Assembly: GCF_001194135.2 (NCBI RefSeq)
Contig: NC_068981.1
Location: 41,256,103-41,319,999 of the forward strand
Length of the DNA: 63,897 nt
Reading direction: 5' to 3'
Origin: Octopus bimaculoides
Lineage: Eukaryota
Below the pieces are notes generated by a model that worked only from the letters and a program-made list of their open reading frames with translations, did no database searches and was not told where the DNA came from. Numbering within the stretch: position 1 is the first letter of the stretch; each line of letters begins with the position of its first letter. A program made the translations under genes and the position numbers. Shown in pieces: positions 35,951-49,592 of this stretch.

Positions 35951-36829
35951 TATATATATATATAGTTGTATTTTGGGGCGATCATTTTTCTTTTGCCAAA
36001 TAAACATACGTACTATATATTCATTCTTTACTCATTTATTTCTGTTCTTATTGTAACTCATGTCCATTATCTGGAAATCTTTCATCACACACCTGTGACC
36101 TCTTCAGTAACATTTTCCGTTTTTGTGAGTGCTCCTGCTCCACTTAGTCCATTCTGTTTTTCTATGATATGTATCCTTGTATGCACATACATTTGTGCCT
36201 GTATTTGTGTGTGGGGGGGGGAGGGGTTTGCCTGCATGTGCATATGTGTGTTTATGTGTTTCACAAGTGTGCTTATGTGTGTATATATGGGCTTATGCCC
36301 TTTATATTGTTGTCATCGTTATCATCATTGTTCTTCGTAACACTATGACCCTTTCTTCACTCAGGTTCCCTCCCCCATTGCTGCCCCCAACTCTGACTTT
36401 TGGTACTATTCCTGGATCTCACTGTATTTGTATGTTTGGCCATGCTGCTGCCATCATGGTAGTAGTGGTTGTTGTTATTGGTCACGTTGTTGATGTTGTT
36501 GTGGCTGTTTGTGAAGTTACTATATGTTTGTTTGTGTGTGCATATGGGTTTGCTTACTATGTTGATTGTATCTGTGCCTTTTATACAGTTTCTTTCTTTT
36601 TTTTTTTGTTTACCTATTTACCTCTATTTCTTATATTTATCATAGGTATGTGCATATTTGTCTATTGTGAGTGTATTACACTGTTTGTAACTGTTTTTAT
36701 TTATTTTTTCTACCTTCTGTCTTTAGTCATCATGTTGTGTGGTGTGATGGTGGTGGTGGGTATTATTGTGTTGATCTGCTTTAACAAAATTCTTTCTGAC
36801 CCATGCAAACATGGTTAAGTGGACATTAA

Positions 36830-36886
<57 letters not shown>

Positions 36887-36890
36887 ATGA
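36830..36890. repeat. (GAT)n microsatellite tail
   Basis: Long run of gat directly after an RTE-like 3' end (cccatgcaaacatgg..gacattaaatgatgat). Confidence 0.9.
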
Positions 36891-39800
36891 TGAAGGAATT
36901 AATCAGAGTAAGAAGTTAAATGTCATTTGGTCTGATGCTCTTACATTTTCATCAATCTGCTGCCTTAGACTGGTCCGTACTTTTCTTATTGAACCCTGAA
37001 AGAGTAAAAGCAAAGTTAACCTTGAAGGGAGTTGAACTTGGAGGACAGAAAGCTGAAACAAATACCATGAAGATTTGGTTTGCACACAATTTATGAAAAC
37101 CATCAATTTATTCTTTCATAAATCAGTTAGAGAACTATCAGACTGGAATTTTAAAAATTTATTCTGTTATTGTTTCAAACAAACATAAGGACCTATGATA
37201 GTGGTTTATTTACTGACATCAAATTTAACTGCTAAGTTGATCATAGATGTAAGCTAGTTTTATTTCACCTGTTTTTGCCACATCAACTATTGTACTACCT
37301 ATCTTATGAAGATATGTTTCTGTAAGCATTCAAAAACTGTATTCTAGCTCACTTTGTGTAAACGTCTGCTTGAGCACCACTATACTTTTATCATGAATAT
37401 TATCTTAAGAGACTTCAGAGGTAAACAAAGATATGGATTAACCCAAAATGTTTTCCCATTCAAAGCCTTTTATGCGCTGATTATACCAAACTATATTTAC
37501 CTTATCATTCATAATGTTCAAAAAATGTTACTCTATCTTGTTATACCTATGAGCATGGTCTTCTACCACAATATTACATCAGTTCTAATACTTTACACCA
37601 GTCAAAATTTTAGCTACTATTCACCTAACTCTGCTCATCTTTTGAGAATGTTATCTTGTTTTGTGGACAACAGATATATTGTCCTTGCATTTTGGTACTA
37701 AATAACTCGACTGAATTCCTGTTCTGTAGAATGTTATACCCCTAATGTATTTTAAGAATAACTTACAACATTCTTCATTTGTAATAATTATATATATTTT
37801 ATAGCTATTTGTAGTATGTGTGCCTTGTGTCAATATGGATGTGATTGATGATGATGATGATGATGAATGACACTGATCAATAAAAACGAAAAAGAAAACC
37901 CCTAAAACTTATTTCAGAAGATATCTCAAATGGTTTAAAAGAGTTGAATCTTGTGTCTATCTAACGCAAAATTTTAAAATTTATATGAGTACTTGACACC
38001 AGTCATCTCAATGATATCTAGCAAATCCATAGACGCATATGTGGATATGTATTTATATTGTTTCATAGAATGAAGATACAGGCAACTTTTAGTTCATGCA
38101 ATTGAAAACAAACTGCATTATTTATGTGATGACCCAATATATAGCAGTCAGCTTGTTAAAAGCCCACTGAATTATGGACCATTCTTCCAATAAGAACTTT
38201 GGCTACCTTTTTTTTTTAATTTAATTTCTCTACCATTCTTAGACACACTTATAAAATCAAAAAAACAATGCAGCAGTCATAACTTTTAGGAACATTTTTT
38301 TCACACTGTCTAAGTATGGAATAAACTACCTGTGTGAGATGTTAGCTGTTAAAAAAGCTGAATCCTTCAAAGATTTCATGCTGACTGAAGTTTGCCAATA
38401 CTGTTCTTGCTGTATCTCTTTATGGCTTATTTTACTGTTCACTTAACTGGGGGTGTTTTACTATGTGTATTGTGGATGCACTTTTGGCTTTTGTTGCTGT
38501 TTTTCTTTACTTGATTTATTGCTGTTTTCAGTCCTCTCTTTTACCCTTTTCTGCTGAGTTGTAGTGCATCTGAGCACTGTATACAATAAGTTCAATATTA
38601 CTGTACAATTATATCTATTCTTTCAAATGAGCTAGCCACATGCCTTCTCCATATATACATCTCTCCTCTTCCCCTTATCCTTATTATGTTTCGCCTTTCA
38701 AACTCTACATAATTCAGTTCGCTACTTCCTTCCACCCTAGCATTTCAACCCTTTGGAATTTTCACACTGATTTATATTTTCCCTTGGTAGCACATCAAGC
38801 AGCTTGGTAGAGCCTACAAATATCATTAGCACTGTTCCATTCCTTCTCTGAGTATTTTATAAAAATAATTCTCTCATTATTACTTTGACAAATACAAGTT
38901 ATTTTATGTTTTGCTGAGGAGGTCCAATAATACCAAAACATGTTCAGATTTGTCTCCTTTACTTTCCAATATTATTAAGATAATATTAGTAATTTAGCTA
39001 TATTTGACACTAACTTATCTATAAGCATGTCATGTCAAAAATTTCACCTTATCTTGTTCAGATATATATAATCTTATGATATTTTTATCACTTATAATCA
39101 TGTTTCTCATCTTTTATCCATATCTTAGTATATTTATTTAATCAAAAAATTGAGGTATATTAATATTACATTCATTGTAATACAGAGACTATTGTTTTTC
39201 AGAATTTGATTGCAATTGACAACGATTGCAAACATATTCAAGTGTAGAGGCAATTATAATTGACCACTAAGTGTAACAACAGCCAGAATTACATTCCAAA
39301 AGCTAGAAGAATCCATTGTTGTGTTTAAGTTAGATTAAGAGAATCTCAGTACTTAATCATTCAAGAACTGAAGTTATTTGAACATATGTGAGGTAGGTAC
39401 TCCTGATATTTCTAATGTGGTTTGCATAATTGAACTTCTTAAGGTAGCAAGATGACAGTAAAGTTGGAGTAAATGATTTTGCTGATATTGATAAAGAGAT
39501 ATTTCAGAACATTGCATTTTCTTTAATAACAATGTATTTGAAAAAGTTGTGGTGTTCGTTTGAGTACAATAGGTCAAGCATGTTGTATAATCACGGGTGA
39601 GCTCGGATTGAACTTTCATATGGCATGGAGATTGATGGTGGAACAACAAGGCATGGCCAACAGATCTACCTTTCTAACAATTCTATATGTTTAACTTTCT
39701 GGAGAATGCACTCTGACATGCATTGGTGAATCATACAAGGTGCAGTGTAACAGATTCAAGATATTGCACTCTCTTCATAGTCTGGTCTACTTCTACATAC

Positions 39801-40813
39801 CAAGAGATTCTGGTAGTGACCATACTGAAGATAAACAAGGGGAACTTGAGATCATAGCATGGAAGTTACTGTTCCTTTGCATTTATTGGTAATGTTATGC
39901 ATCCCAGTACAATGTTTGTGCAGTGAAGCTAATTTTTGTTGCAGCTATTTCTGAGTGTATGTGTTCCTTATGCATGTCTGAGCATAGTGTTTCTAGGATG
40001 GTGTTGTAGTTGTGCTCTAGGGTGTTGTATAAGTTGTCTGGGTATTTGGGTGTGGATTTTTTTAACGTAATGACAGGGACCGTTGGGGTTGAAGCTTTCT
40101 GTAGCACGTGCTATTGTCTGGTGGTCTTTCATTTATATATTTCTATTTCATTGTGTTTGTAGTCTTTAGGTATGGTCTGTGTACAGCTATGACAAAGCAT
40201 AATGCACTGCTTTTGTTCTTTGTAGCTTATTGAGAATTGTGTTGGAGAGATTGGGGGCCTAAGCAGGATTAGCATAATGGTATAGTCCATGTTGCATTGT
40301 TTGTACACCATTGAAATTGTTTCTTAATGTAGATGAAATGTAATAAATATGATAGTGCTATGTTTGTATTTTTATTATAGTTTTATGTATGATCTGAATG
40401 TTGTAGTGTTTTTATCTTTAATGAGTATGATATGTTTATTTTTATTGTTATGTTGGTTAGCTGTAATCAGTGTTTTTGGTGTTGTGAGTCATTTGGAAGG
40501 CAATGGGTTCGTAGGCAATTCTTTAAATCAATTGCTGTGGAGTTACATTTCTAGATAATTTAAATAGGGCAGGAGTAGTTATACAACACTGTCTAGAGAA
40601 TGTGTTTGAGTGTGTGTGTGTGGGGGGAATGTAGATGCAATGTCATTCAAATAGGTGACTGTCCGAGTACATTATATTTCATTGTAAATATTTTTGCTTT
40701 GTTGAGTATGTTGGGTGGGAGTGGGTCTATGTGCAGCCTTAAATTACACAATTTAAATGTTGTCTGGCTTCAGTATGATTAGACAGCAATATGGATGCCA
40801 ATATCACTAATTA

Positions 40814-42096
40814 TCAGGTCATCCCATAAGTTCTGTCTGAATTTTGAATAAAGAAAACAAGTAATCAAATGTTATATTTAATTGAAATTTTATCATCAAT
40901 GTACTTTCCATGATTATCTATGACTTCCATCTATTTACAAGCTTTTTAATCCCATCAATGTAAAACTCTTTTGGTTTCAAAGCGAAGAACTCTGAAATGT
41001 CAGTTTCGACCTCCTTTTGGCTTGCAAATGTTATGTCCCCTAAATGATTCTGTAAATTATGAAACAAATGGTGGTCTGAAGGAGCAAGGTCAGGAGAATA
41101 AGGTGGATGAGGAATTTTTTCCCAACCAAGCTCTTCGATCTTCTGTGATGTGATCTTTGCAGTGTGGGGTCGTGCATTGTGCTGATGAAACATCACTCCT
41201 TTTCAATTCACTAAAGCTGGGGTTTTTTCTTCAAAGCTTGGTTCAAATGCTCTAATTGCTAACAATAGACTTGAGCATTGATTGTTGCATTAGGTGGTAA
41301 CAATTCAAAGTGAATTACTCCTTTGCAATCCCACCAAATAGAGAGAAGAACCTTTTTCCCATGAAGTTTCCATCTCGGTTGTGGTTGAGCTTTTTCCCCT
41401 TTACCAAGCCACTGTTTACGGTGTTTAACATTTCAACAGAAGATCCATTTTATGTCCCAGTCACAAGTCTATCCAAAAAGGGTGAAATGAGTTTGTGAGA
41501 ATGGAGAGAAGAGCAGATGTCAACTCGGGATTTGCGGTTGCTGTTAGACAATTGATGAGGCACCCATTTTCCAAGTTTAGGAACCTTTCCAAGTTGTTGA
41601 AGATGACAATGAGCAGTTGTATGGTTTGAACTAAGCTTTATTGCCAATTCTTCAACTGATAATGTAGGATTTTCTTCAAGTAATGCCTCAAGGAGCTTAT
41701 CATCAAACTCAACTGGACATCCTGTTCAATCTTCATCTTCAAGGCTGAAATCTCCACTTCTGAATTTTGCAAACCATCTTCTACAAGTTCTTTCATTCAA
41801 GCATTCTTTCCCATAAACTGAGTATATGTTTCGAGTTGCTTCGGCTGCAAAGTTTTCTTTCTGTACTCATAAAGCATTATGTGCCTTAAATGCGCTTTGG
41901 ATACTTCCATGTTAGAAAGAGTTTTAATCAAAGAAATTTTAATTCTATTATTCTGTAAAATAATATTTAATTAGTTTAAATGTATAAAAATGCATAAAAA
42001 TAATTTTTAATTCCATTAGACATTCTAAAATACTATTAAATTTCATTCAATTTAAAAAAAAAGGTAAAATTGGACAGAACTTATGGGATGACCTGA
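40814..42096 (-). mobile_element. Full-length (1283 bp) non-functional mariner transposon
   Basis: Perfect 24-bp TIRs TCAGGTCATCCCATAAGTTCTGTC with TA on both sides. Broken transposase on the minus strand carries WVPHQL, HNARPH and YSPDLAPSDHHLF; the first two DDD aspartate motifs appear mutated (VTGT, HQHNA). Confidence 0.93.
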
Positions 42097-45000
42097 TATA
42101 GACTCATTACTAATTAATGTAATCCTGCTAATACAGATACCTTCTCCTTCCTGTTAATGAAGGTATCAGGCATGTAGTTATGTATTGTACATCCATGTTG
42201 TATAAATGATTACTCTGCTTGCTGCTCTTTGTTTGGATACCTCTGTATCATCCACTATGAGTACACTTATTCAGATTTTGGATAGTGCGCACACGCACGC
42301 ACACACACACACACACACACGTGTGCATGCATGCACACACACATGCATGCACGCACATGTGCATGCATGTATGCACAAACACATGCATGCACATACACAC
42401 ACATGTGCATGCATACAGGCACACACACGCATGCACACACACACACATACACACGCATGCACATGCACATACACTGAAGGAGAAAATCCTACATCAGTTT
42501 CAGTGAATGCCTGTTGCAGTTGTTCAATTAGTGAAGTTGTCTACTTACTGCATTGTAGTGCAAGAAGGTGACTGCTCTTCTACAACAACATTCTCTGTTC
42601 TGTTAAACTTACTGACCAAATGACAGTTCTACTTTAACCAACTTGATCCACCTGTCCCTTTCTCTCTCATGAACACATGTATCTCTAGGTCGTTGAATGA
42701 AAGACTTTGACAATTACTTTCCCTTCAGAACTCTATATCTCTGTAATCCTAATATTTTGCCCTGTCAGCCACTGATTTAGAGTTCACATTAATTGTAAAC
42801 CACATTGATATCACCTGTTACTTAAAACAGTTACTTAGACCATGGTGCAAAAAGGGTTGCACCATGGACCAGTTTCATGCAAGACAATTTTTTACACAGA
42901 TCAAGCGATCATGTGCATAAAACAAAGCACAATAAAGTGTATATTATATCACCTACACTTTTTTCTGCAAAATAGGGGTAGTTTATCCTGTTCATGCTAT
43001 ATTATTAGCATTATCCTGCGATTGAGAATTTAAAAATCACTTCTTTAACTTTCTAAGACATCTCAAGGCTTCTAAAAGCAAACTTCGTTTGTTTGTTTAC
43101 GTTTATCGTAACTTGAATTTTGTATATTATATAATTTAATTATTACATATGTAATACATATATGTATGATGGACTCTCCTATCGAAGACAACATATGAGT
43201 GTTCAGCTTTTGCTGGACAGTCTGTACAAATGATTTATTTATAATGGTCGATGTTGCCTGAACAGGTGCTTGATGTATCACATGTCAGGAGTCAGTGGTA
43301 GCAGAGGAACATAAGATGAAATGTTTTGCTCAAGAACACAACATACCACCCAGTCTAGGAACTGAAACAACGATCTTGTGACCATGAGTGCAACACCCCA
43401 ACCACTAGGCCATGTCATAAAAATATGGTTTGTGCCTTTCTTTCCTAAAATGAGACAAAAAACAAAAGAATGAATGAAACAAAATAATGTATGAAGCTAT
43501 ATATATTTGTGAGTGGACTAAGATAAACAAGTTTTTTTATTTTCCTGTGACACAATAGTCATGTGAAAACCTGTTAAATGTCACAAGTCATTCCTCTTAA
43601 CTCAGGAAGAATATAGTGACCTAAATATATTGTTTGGTTCAGTAAATTAAAACTTTTAGAATATGATCTGGCTACAAAAAAGATATTTAGTTGTACTGGA
43701 TCACTTAAATGATAGAAGAATAATTCTAAAGTTTAATAAGGGGTGGGTTGATGATGTAGGGAAATGGAGGGATGAGAGGGTCATCATCAATGTTTGAGAC
43801 AGTGATATGTTCAAAAGAATTTGTAAGAATGACACTGAAGGTGAAGATGATAAAGAAGAAGATGGCAACAGTAAAGAAGGTGAAATAGTTAAGAGGCAAG
43901 AAATAGGAGAGTGATAAAAGAATATACTCAACCATAATTACCAATAATGTTCACAGAATTCAACAACGCTACAATCAGCATATATATAAAGATTGTAGTA
44001 CAAACCTCGAACAAAATATCTAGAGGCTCTTAAAAAAACATCCTTCCAAGCAACATGAAAAATACAGTCCTATTATAAGATCAAAAAATTCAAGAGAGAA
44101 ATCTAAAACTCAAAGCCTCAAGGTGAAACCAAATGATAAATATACAACATAGATATACTGCACTCACATGAGAAGGTAAAATCTTAGAAGTTACTTAGAA
44201 CTCCGCCAGAACATACATAAAAGACATTGTAAGGAAGTGCTAAATTTCCAGAGTAAATCGGTAGTATATTTAGAACAATAGATTCATGAATTGCATCTAG
44301 TTGTTAGACTGACTACCTATATGCCAAAGGTCTGCTCAATCAATGTTGACCTCAAGCTACACAGCAATATGGACAGCAAGAACTATGAAATCTGTTTTGT
44401 CTTTTCTAATATTAGTTATTCATGGAATGTCAATATTATCATCATCATTGTAGTGGAGGAATAGTAGTATATCTACAGAAGAGGTGGAGTATTGATGGTG
44501 ATGATAATATTGTAATTGTGGAAAGAAAGACTGATCACAGAGGTGTCATGTCATGCAGCTGCTGCTGGTGGTGATGGCAGTGGTGACAATGATGGTTGTG
44601 GTGGTAGAAGTTGTAATGGTAATGATGATGGTAACGATGACAAAACATTAACACACAAGACATGTGATAAATACTGGTTCTTTCTATTACTTTTCAATTC
44701 TGTTCTCATAATGAACATAGCTTGTATGATGGATAAATCAGAAGTATTACAATAAAGAATGCTTATTACAATGATGGTGTCTCTATATGGTCACATGGCC
44801 TGCTACATATCATCCAAATCATACATTACCATCTTAAAAGAAAGAGAACATATCTGGAAAGAAAAAATGGATGTGATGTCATGGCTGGAAGAACCCTTTA
44901 ATCATAGGGCTGACTAGAAATTAAACAAAAACAATAACTTATTCCTCTATAATTGTGCAATATCAAAATCTCTCCCCCTCTCTTTATGTACCCTGCCTGT

Positions 45001-45560
45001 TTTACAGCCATCAATGATCATGGACTTTTACATCAATCCCTGAAGATTTATGGTTTTTCTTGAGAAAGATGCAGCTGTAGTTTCTTGTTGTCTTCTGCCA
45101 ATTAATTTACAGTTTACTCTGCTAGTCTCCTGGTCTATCAAGCTTACCTTAAGCAGAGTTGATTAGCTCACATGACATCAGGTTATGTTCACATACATTG
45201 GTGGGACTATGTGAAATGTGTCTAGGGGCTAGCCCTTCTCTAAATCCTTATGCATTTACAAGATCACCTTCTGCTATTTAACCTATAACTGAGACCCTTG
45301 ACATATAGTAATGTATTACTACCCTAGGCCAAAGTGGACTAGGACATAGTAATGACTAAAGAGTAACTTCACACTAATCCAAACATCTGAGTTGGAGCCT
45401 TAAAGCTATCGAAAATTAACAGCAGTTCAGGAAACAATTTTGTGCAGTATAAACTACTGCCTTGCAATAAAATTTTATAGTTAGAGGTGTGTGTGTGTTT
45501 GTATGTGTGTGTGTGTGGGGGAGACATAAACCCAGCAATACAAGCTAATGAAATGCACAG

Positions 45561-45624
<64 letters not shown>

Positions 45625-45627
<3 letters not shown>

Positions 45628-46837
45628 TAGTTTTATTTTTATAACGTGCTTTCACTTCACTACCGAGCGCAGCTCTGTGCGCCTTGGGTATGTGCTGTGG
45701 TTTGCTGTGGTGCTCTTATGTTTACTGTATTGAAAGTGTTTTGCGTAGAATGTGTGCAGTACCCAGTAGTGCAATTTTNNNNNNNNNNNNNNNNNNNNNN
45801 NNNNNNNNNNNNNNNNNNNNNNNNNNNNNNNNNNNNNNNNNNNNNNNNNNNNNNNNNNNNNNNNNNNNNNNNNNNNNNNNNNNNNNNNNNNNNNNNNNNN
45901 NNNNNNNNNNNNNNNNNNNNNNNNNNNNNNNNNNNNNNNNNNNNNNNNNNNNNNNNNNNNNNNNNNNNNNNNNNNNNNNNNNNNNNNNNNNNNNNNNNNN
46001 NNNNNNNNNNNNNNNNNNNNNNNNNNNNNNNNNNNNNNNNNNNNNNNNNNNNNNNNNNNNNNNNNNNNNNNNNNNNNNNNNNNNNNNNNNNNNNNNNNNN
46101 NNNNNNNNNNNNNNNNNNNNNNNNNNNNNNNNNNNNNNNNNNNNNNNNNNNNNNNNNNNNNNNNNNNNNNNNNNNNNNNNNNNNNNNNNNNNNNNNNNNN
46201 NNNNNNNNNNNNNNNNNNNNNNNNNNNNNNNNNNNNNNNNNNNNNNNNNNNNNNNNNNNNNNNNNNNNNNNNNNNNNNNNNNNNNNNNNNNNNNNNNNNN
46301 NNNNNNNNNNNNNNNNNNNNNNNNNNNNNNNNNNNNNNNNNNNNNNNNNNNNNNNNNNNNNNNNNNNNNNNNNNNNNNNNNNNNNNNNNNNNNNNNNNNN
46401 NNNNNNNNNNNNNNNNNNNNNNNNNNNNNNNNNNNNNNNNNNNNNNNNNNNNNNNNNNNNNNNNNNNNNNNNNNNNNNNNNNNNNNNNNNNNNNNNNNNN
46501 NNNNNNNNNNNNNNNNNNNNNNNNNNNNNNNNNNNNNNNNNNNNNNNNNNNNNNNNNNNNNNNNNNNNNNNNNNNNNNNNNNNNNNNNNNNNNNNNNNNN
46601 NNNNATTTAGTTTAGCCCAGTATTTACCATGTAGGGGCTTTTCTTGCCATCGTTTTATCATGGTCCGTTGCTGTTCTAGTTTTAGTTTGGATTTCATTTG
46701 TTTTATAGCTTTTGTTGTTTCTTCTTCTTCTTCTTCGTATTTGTTAGGTAGATTGATTTCTTGTTTGTATTTGTCAGCTTCCTTAAATACTGAAAACAGT
46801 TTTTTGTTTTGCTTGTGTTTTGTGGCTATTTGTATTA

Positions 46838-46838
<1 letters not shown>
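45625..46838 (-). mobile_element. 5'-truncated R4/Dong-like RLE non-LTR element flanked by (TAA)n; middle in an assembly gap
   Basis: Open frame KLFSVFKEADKY...MIKRWQEKPLHGKYWAKL before the gap, KIALLGTAHILRKTLSIQ* after it; ~100-nt 3' UTR; (ATT)n at 45562-45624 and (TTA)n at 46839-46895. Confidence 0.82.
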
Positions 46839-46895
<57 letters not shown>

Positions 46896-47808
46896 CTTTT
46901 TAACTGATTATTCTCTCAGAAGAGAAAAACAGTATTCATGACATGACTCCAATTAACAAGTTATTGTATTAGACTGACTAGATTTATGAAGGTGACCTAA
47001 TAAATTAGATATGCACCTATTCAACAAATGGTAACAAGATGGGTATAACAATTACATACAACTTTCTCCACTCCCTTTTATTCTCTATTAATACTTTCCT
47101 TTATTATATTTTCAAACTCAGCAGCAATGAGAAGATAAATACTTTAATTAGCCGCAACGTTTCTGTAATTGATATCACTTATCTAATTACCAGTCACAGT
47201 CAGTGTATATAGAGTCAACTTTTTGTTGACTAAGCATTCTAGACTGTAGAGTATGCTTTGTTGTATGGTTGTTAGTCCCATCTTCTTCTCTAGCTGTTCT
47301 CATGTCAGATAAGCTGTTAGTTTGCAATATCCACATTAAGTTATGACAATAACATTAAGAATCATTTGAGTTTCCAAATATTTTATTTACTACTGCACTG
47401 TATTTACAGATGTGCATGCATTAATTGATGACATATGACCTAGTGGTTAGGGTATTGCACTCACAAGGTCATGGGTTCAGTTCCCAGACCAGACATTGTA
47501 TTGTGTTTTTGAGCAAAACACATCATTCAATGTTACTTTGCAGTCACTTAGGCATGAGATATGTAGTACACATATACACACACACACACACACATCACCT
47601 TCGTGGTGCTTTGGTGACTTGATGGACAATGATAAAGGGAGATAATCACCTAGGGTTTTACTCTTAAAAATGAGGCTATTTCCCCCTCCATTTTTTAAAG
47701 AGGTCTTAGGCCAGCAGTGTTTGGGCGTCTGAAGAAATGCCATAAGGCCAAACCCCTTTTGAGCAAGAAACCCAGGGTAAACCCATTAACCAGCCTACCC
47801 CACTATAA

Positions 47809-47829
<21 letters not shown>

Positions 47830-47839
<10 letters not shown>

Positions 47840-48163
47840 GTCACCCTCCTGGCACTTGTGCCGGTGGCACGTGAAAAGACATTCGAGTGAGGTCGTTGCT
47901 AGTGCTGCTGGACTGGCTCCTGTGCAGGTGGCACGTAATATACACCATTTTGAGCAGGGCCGTTGCCAGTACCGCCTGACTGGCCTTTGTGCCAGTGGCA
48001 CGTAAAAGCACCCACTACACTCTCAGAGTGGTTGGCATTAGGAAGGGTATCCATCTGTAGAAACTCTGCCAAATCAGATTGGAGCCTGGTGTAGCCATCT
48101 AGTTCGCCAGTCCTCAGTCAAATCGTCCAACCCATGCTAGCATGGAAAGTAAACGTTAAACGA

Positions 48164-48170
<7 letters not shown>
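47830..48170 (+). mobile_element. RTE 3'-UTR element with three hairpin units and tail
   Basis: gtgccggtggcac / gtgcaggtggcac / gtgccagtggcac units, then gcacccactacactc...catgctagcatggaaagtaaacgttaaacgatgat. Confidence 0.8.
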
Positions 48171-48200
<30 letters not shown>

Positions 48201-48829
48201 NNNNNNNNNNNNNNNNNNNNNNNNNNNNNNNNNNNNNNNNNNNNNNNNNNNNNNNNNNNNNNNNNNNNNNNNNNNNNNNNNNNNNNNNNNNNNNNNNNNN
48301 NNNNNNNNNNNNNNNNNNNNNNNNNNNNNNNNNNNNNNNNNNNNNNNNNNNNNNNNNNNNNNNNNNNNNNNNNNNNNNNNNNNNNNNNNNNNNNNNNNNN
48401 NNNNNNNNNNNNNNNNNNNNNNNNNNNNNNNNNNNNNNNNNNNNNNNNNNNNNNNNNNNNNNNNNNNNNNNNNNNNNNNNNNNNNNNNNNNNNNNNNNNN
48501 NNNNNNNNNNNNNNNNNNNNNNNNNNNNNNNNNNNNNNNNNNNNNNNNNNNNNNNNNNNNNNNNNNNNNNNNNNNNNNNNNNNNNNNNNNNNNNNNNNNN
48601 NNNNNNNNNNNNNNNNNNNNNNNNNNNNNNNNNNNNNNNNNNNNNNNNNNNNNNNNNNNNNNNNNNNNNNNNNNNNNNNNNNNNNNNNNNNNNNNNNNNN
48701 NNNNNTGATACAGTGAACAGGGCCATGAGGGCAAGATTGGGAAATGAGAGATAAGTATAGTGCATGAAAGAGTAGATGTGTGGAAGGGAAGAGATGTAGT
48801 TTGGTTTGTTAGGGCAGGGTGTGTAAAAA

Positions 48830-49200
48830 GGTTTCTTGTTACATGTAGGGGGAGCACAAAATGCTTCTAGAACTCAGTTTTGCTGACGTGGCTGGGTCTT
48901 CTCAAGAATCTTATATCGCCAGACATTTCTGCCCATTGTCATTTTCTCTGTAATGCCCAACATCCTGGGATCAGTCTTTACCACTTCATCCTATGTCTTC
49001 CTGGGTCTCCCTATTCTGCAGGTATCCTTCACTTTCAGTGATCAACATTTCTTCATACCCCTGTCTTCATTTATACACATCACTTGTACAAACCAATGTA
49101 GTCTTCTCTCTTGCATGCTGCATTTGATTCCTCTTATGCTCATCTTTTCTTTCAATGCGTTTGCACTTTGTCATACATGCACACTGATGTTGCACATCCA
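48830..49200 (-). mobile_element. Decayed LINE (RTE-like) C-terminal fragment
   Basis: Minus strand remnants of an R..WxGHV.RM...GRPRKT-like region (gaatagggagacccaggaagac). Confidence 0.5.
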
Positions 49201-49458
49201 ACATATATATATGTATGAAATTAAAAATTAGCACAAAGCATTAGGATGTGTGTTTCTGCATGTCAATGGATGATGGTCTATTCAAAAGTGCAGAAAAATG
49301 GTCTACCCAGCGCTTATGAATAGAAGAGGTGTCAATCAAAAGCAAATTTCTATTTGCGGTTCTCACTGGAGCTACTGAAGAAGATATTAGGCCTCCTTAA
49401 CATAAGAGTACAAACCCTTGGCATAATTTCTATCAGCTGCTTCTTGCACCCCTTTTGC

Positions 49459-49592
49459 TCTTGAGAGCAAACCCGACACCAGATTACATATACATACAAC
49501 CCTAGTCAAGCACGTGTGGTACTAATGAATTCTTGAGAGCAAACCCAACACCAGATTACATATACATACAACCCTAGCCAAGCACATGTGGT
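49459..49592. repeat. 62-bp direct duplication (period 72 bp, 3 mismatches)
   Basis: tcttgagagcaaaccc(g/a)acaccagattacatatacatacaaccctag(t/c)caagcac(g/a)tgtggt at 49459-49520 and 49531-49592. Confidence 0.9.

Noticed and set aside
36177-36818. 213-aa plus-strand ORF
   Set aside because: Low-complexity GT/T-rich sequence giving V/C/F/I runs; no recognisable domain or splice support.
39370-40800. Possible coding region (several 60-90 aa ORFs)
   Set aside because: Fragmented and strand-biased like an old LINE remnant; no motif I can name with confidence.
42206-42571. His/Thr- or Cys/Val-rich ORFs (also 52348-52750, 53504-53791, 15374-15676, 62456-62754)
   Set aside because: Translations of (CA)n, (CATG)n and (GA)n microsatellites.
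45646-46884. Long ORFs (308-412 aa) and similar ORFs at 12244-12588, 35226-35773 and 48118-48857
   Set aside because: Length comes from N-runs translated as X.
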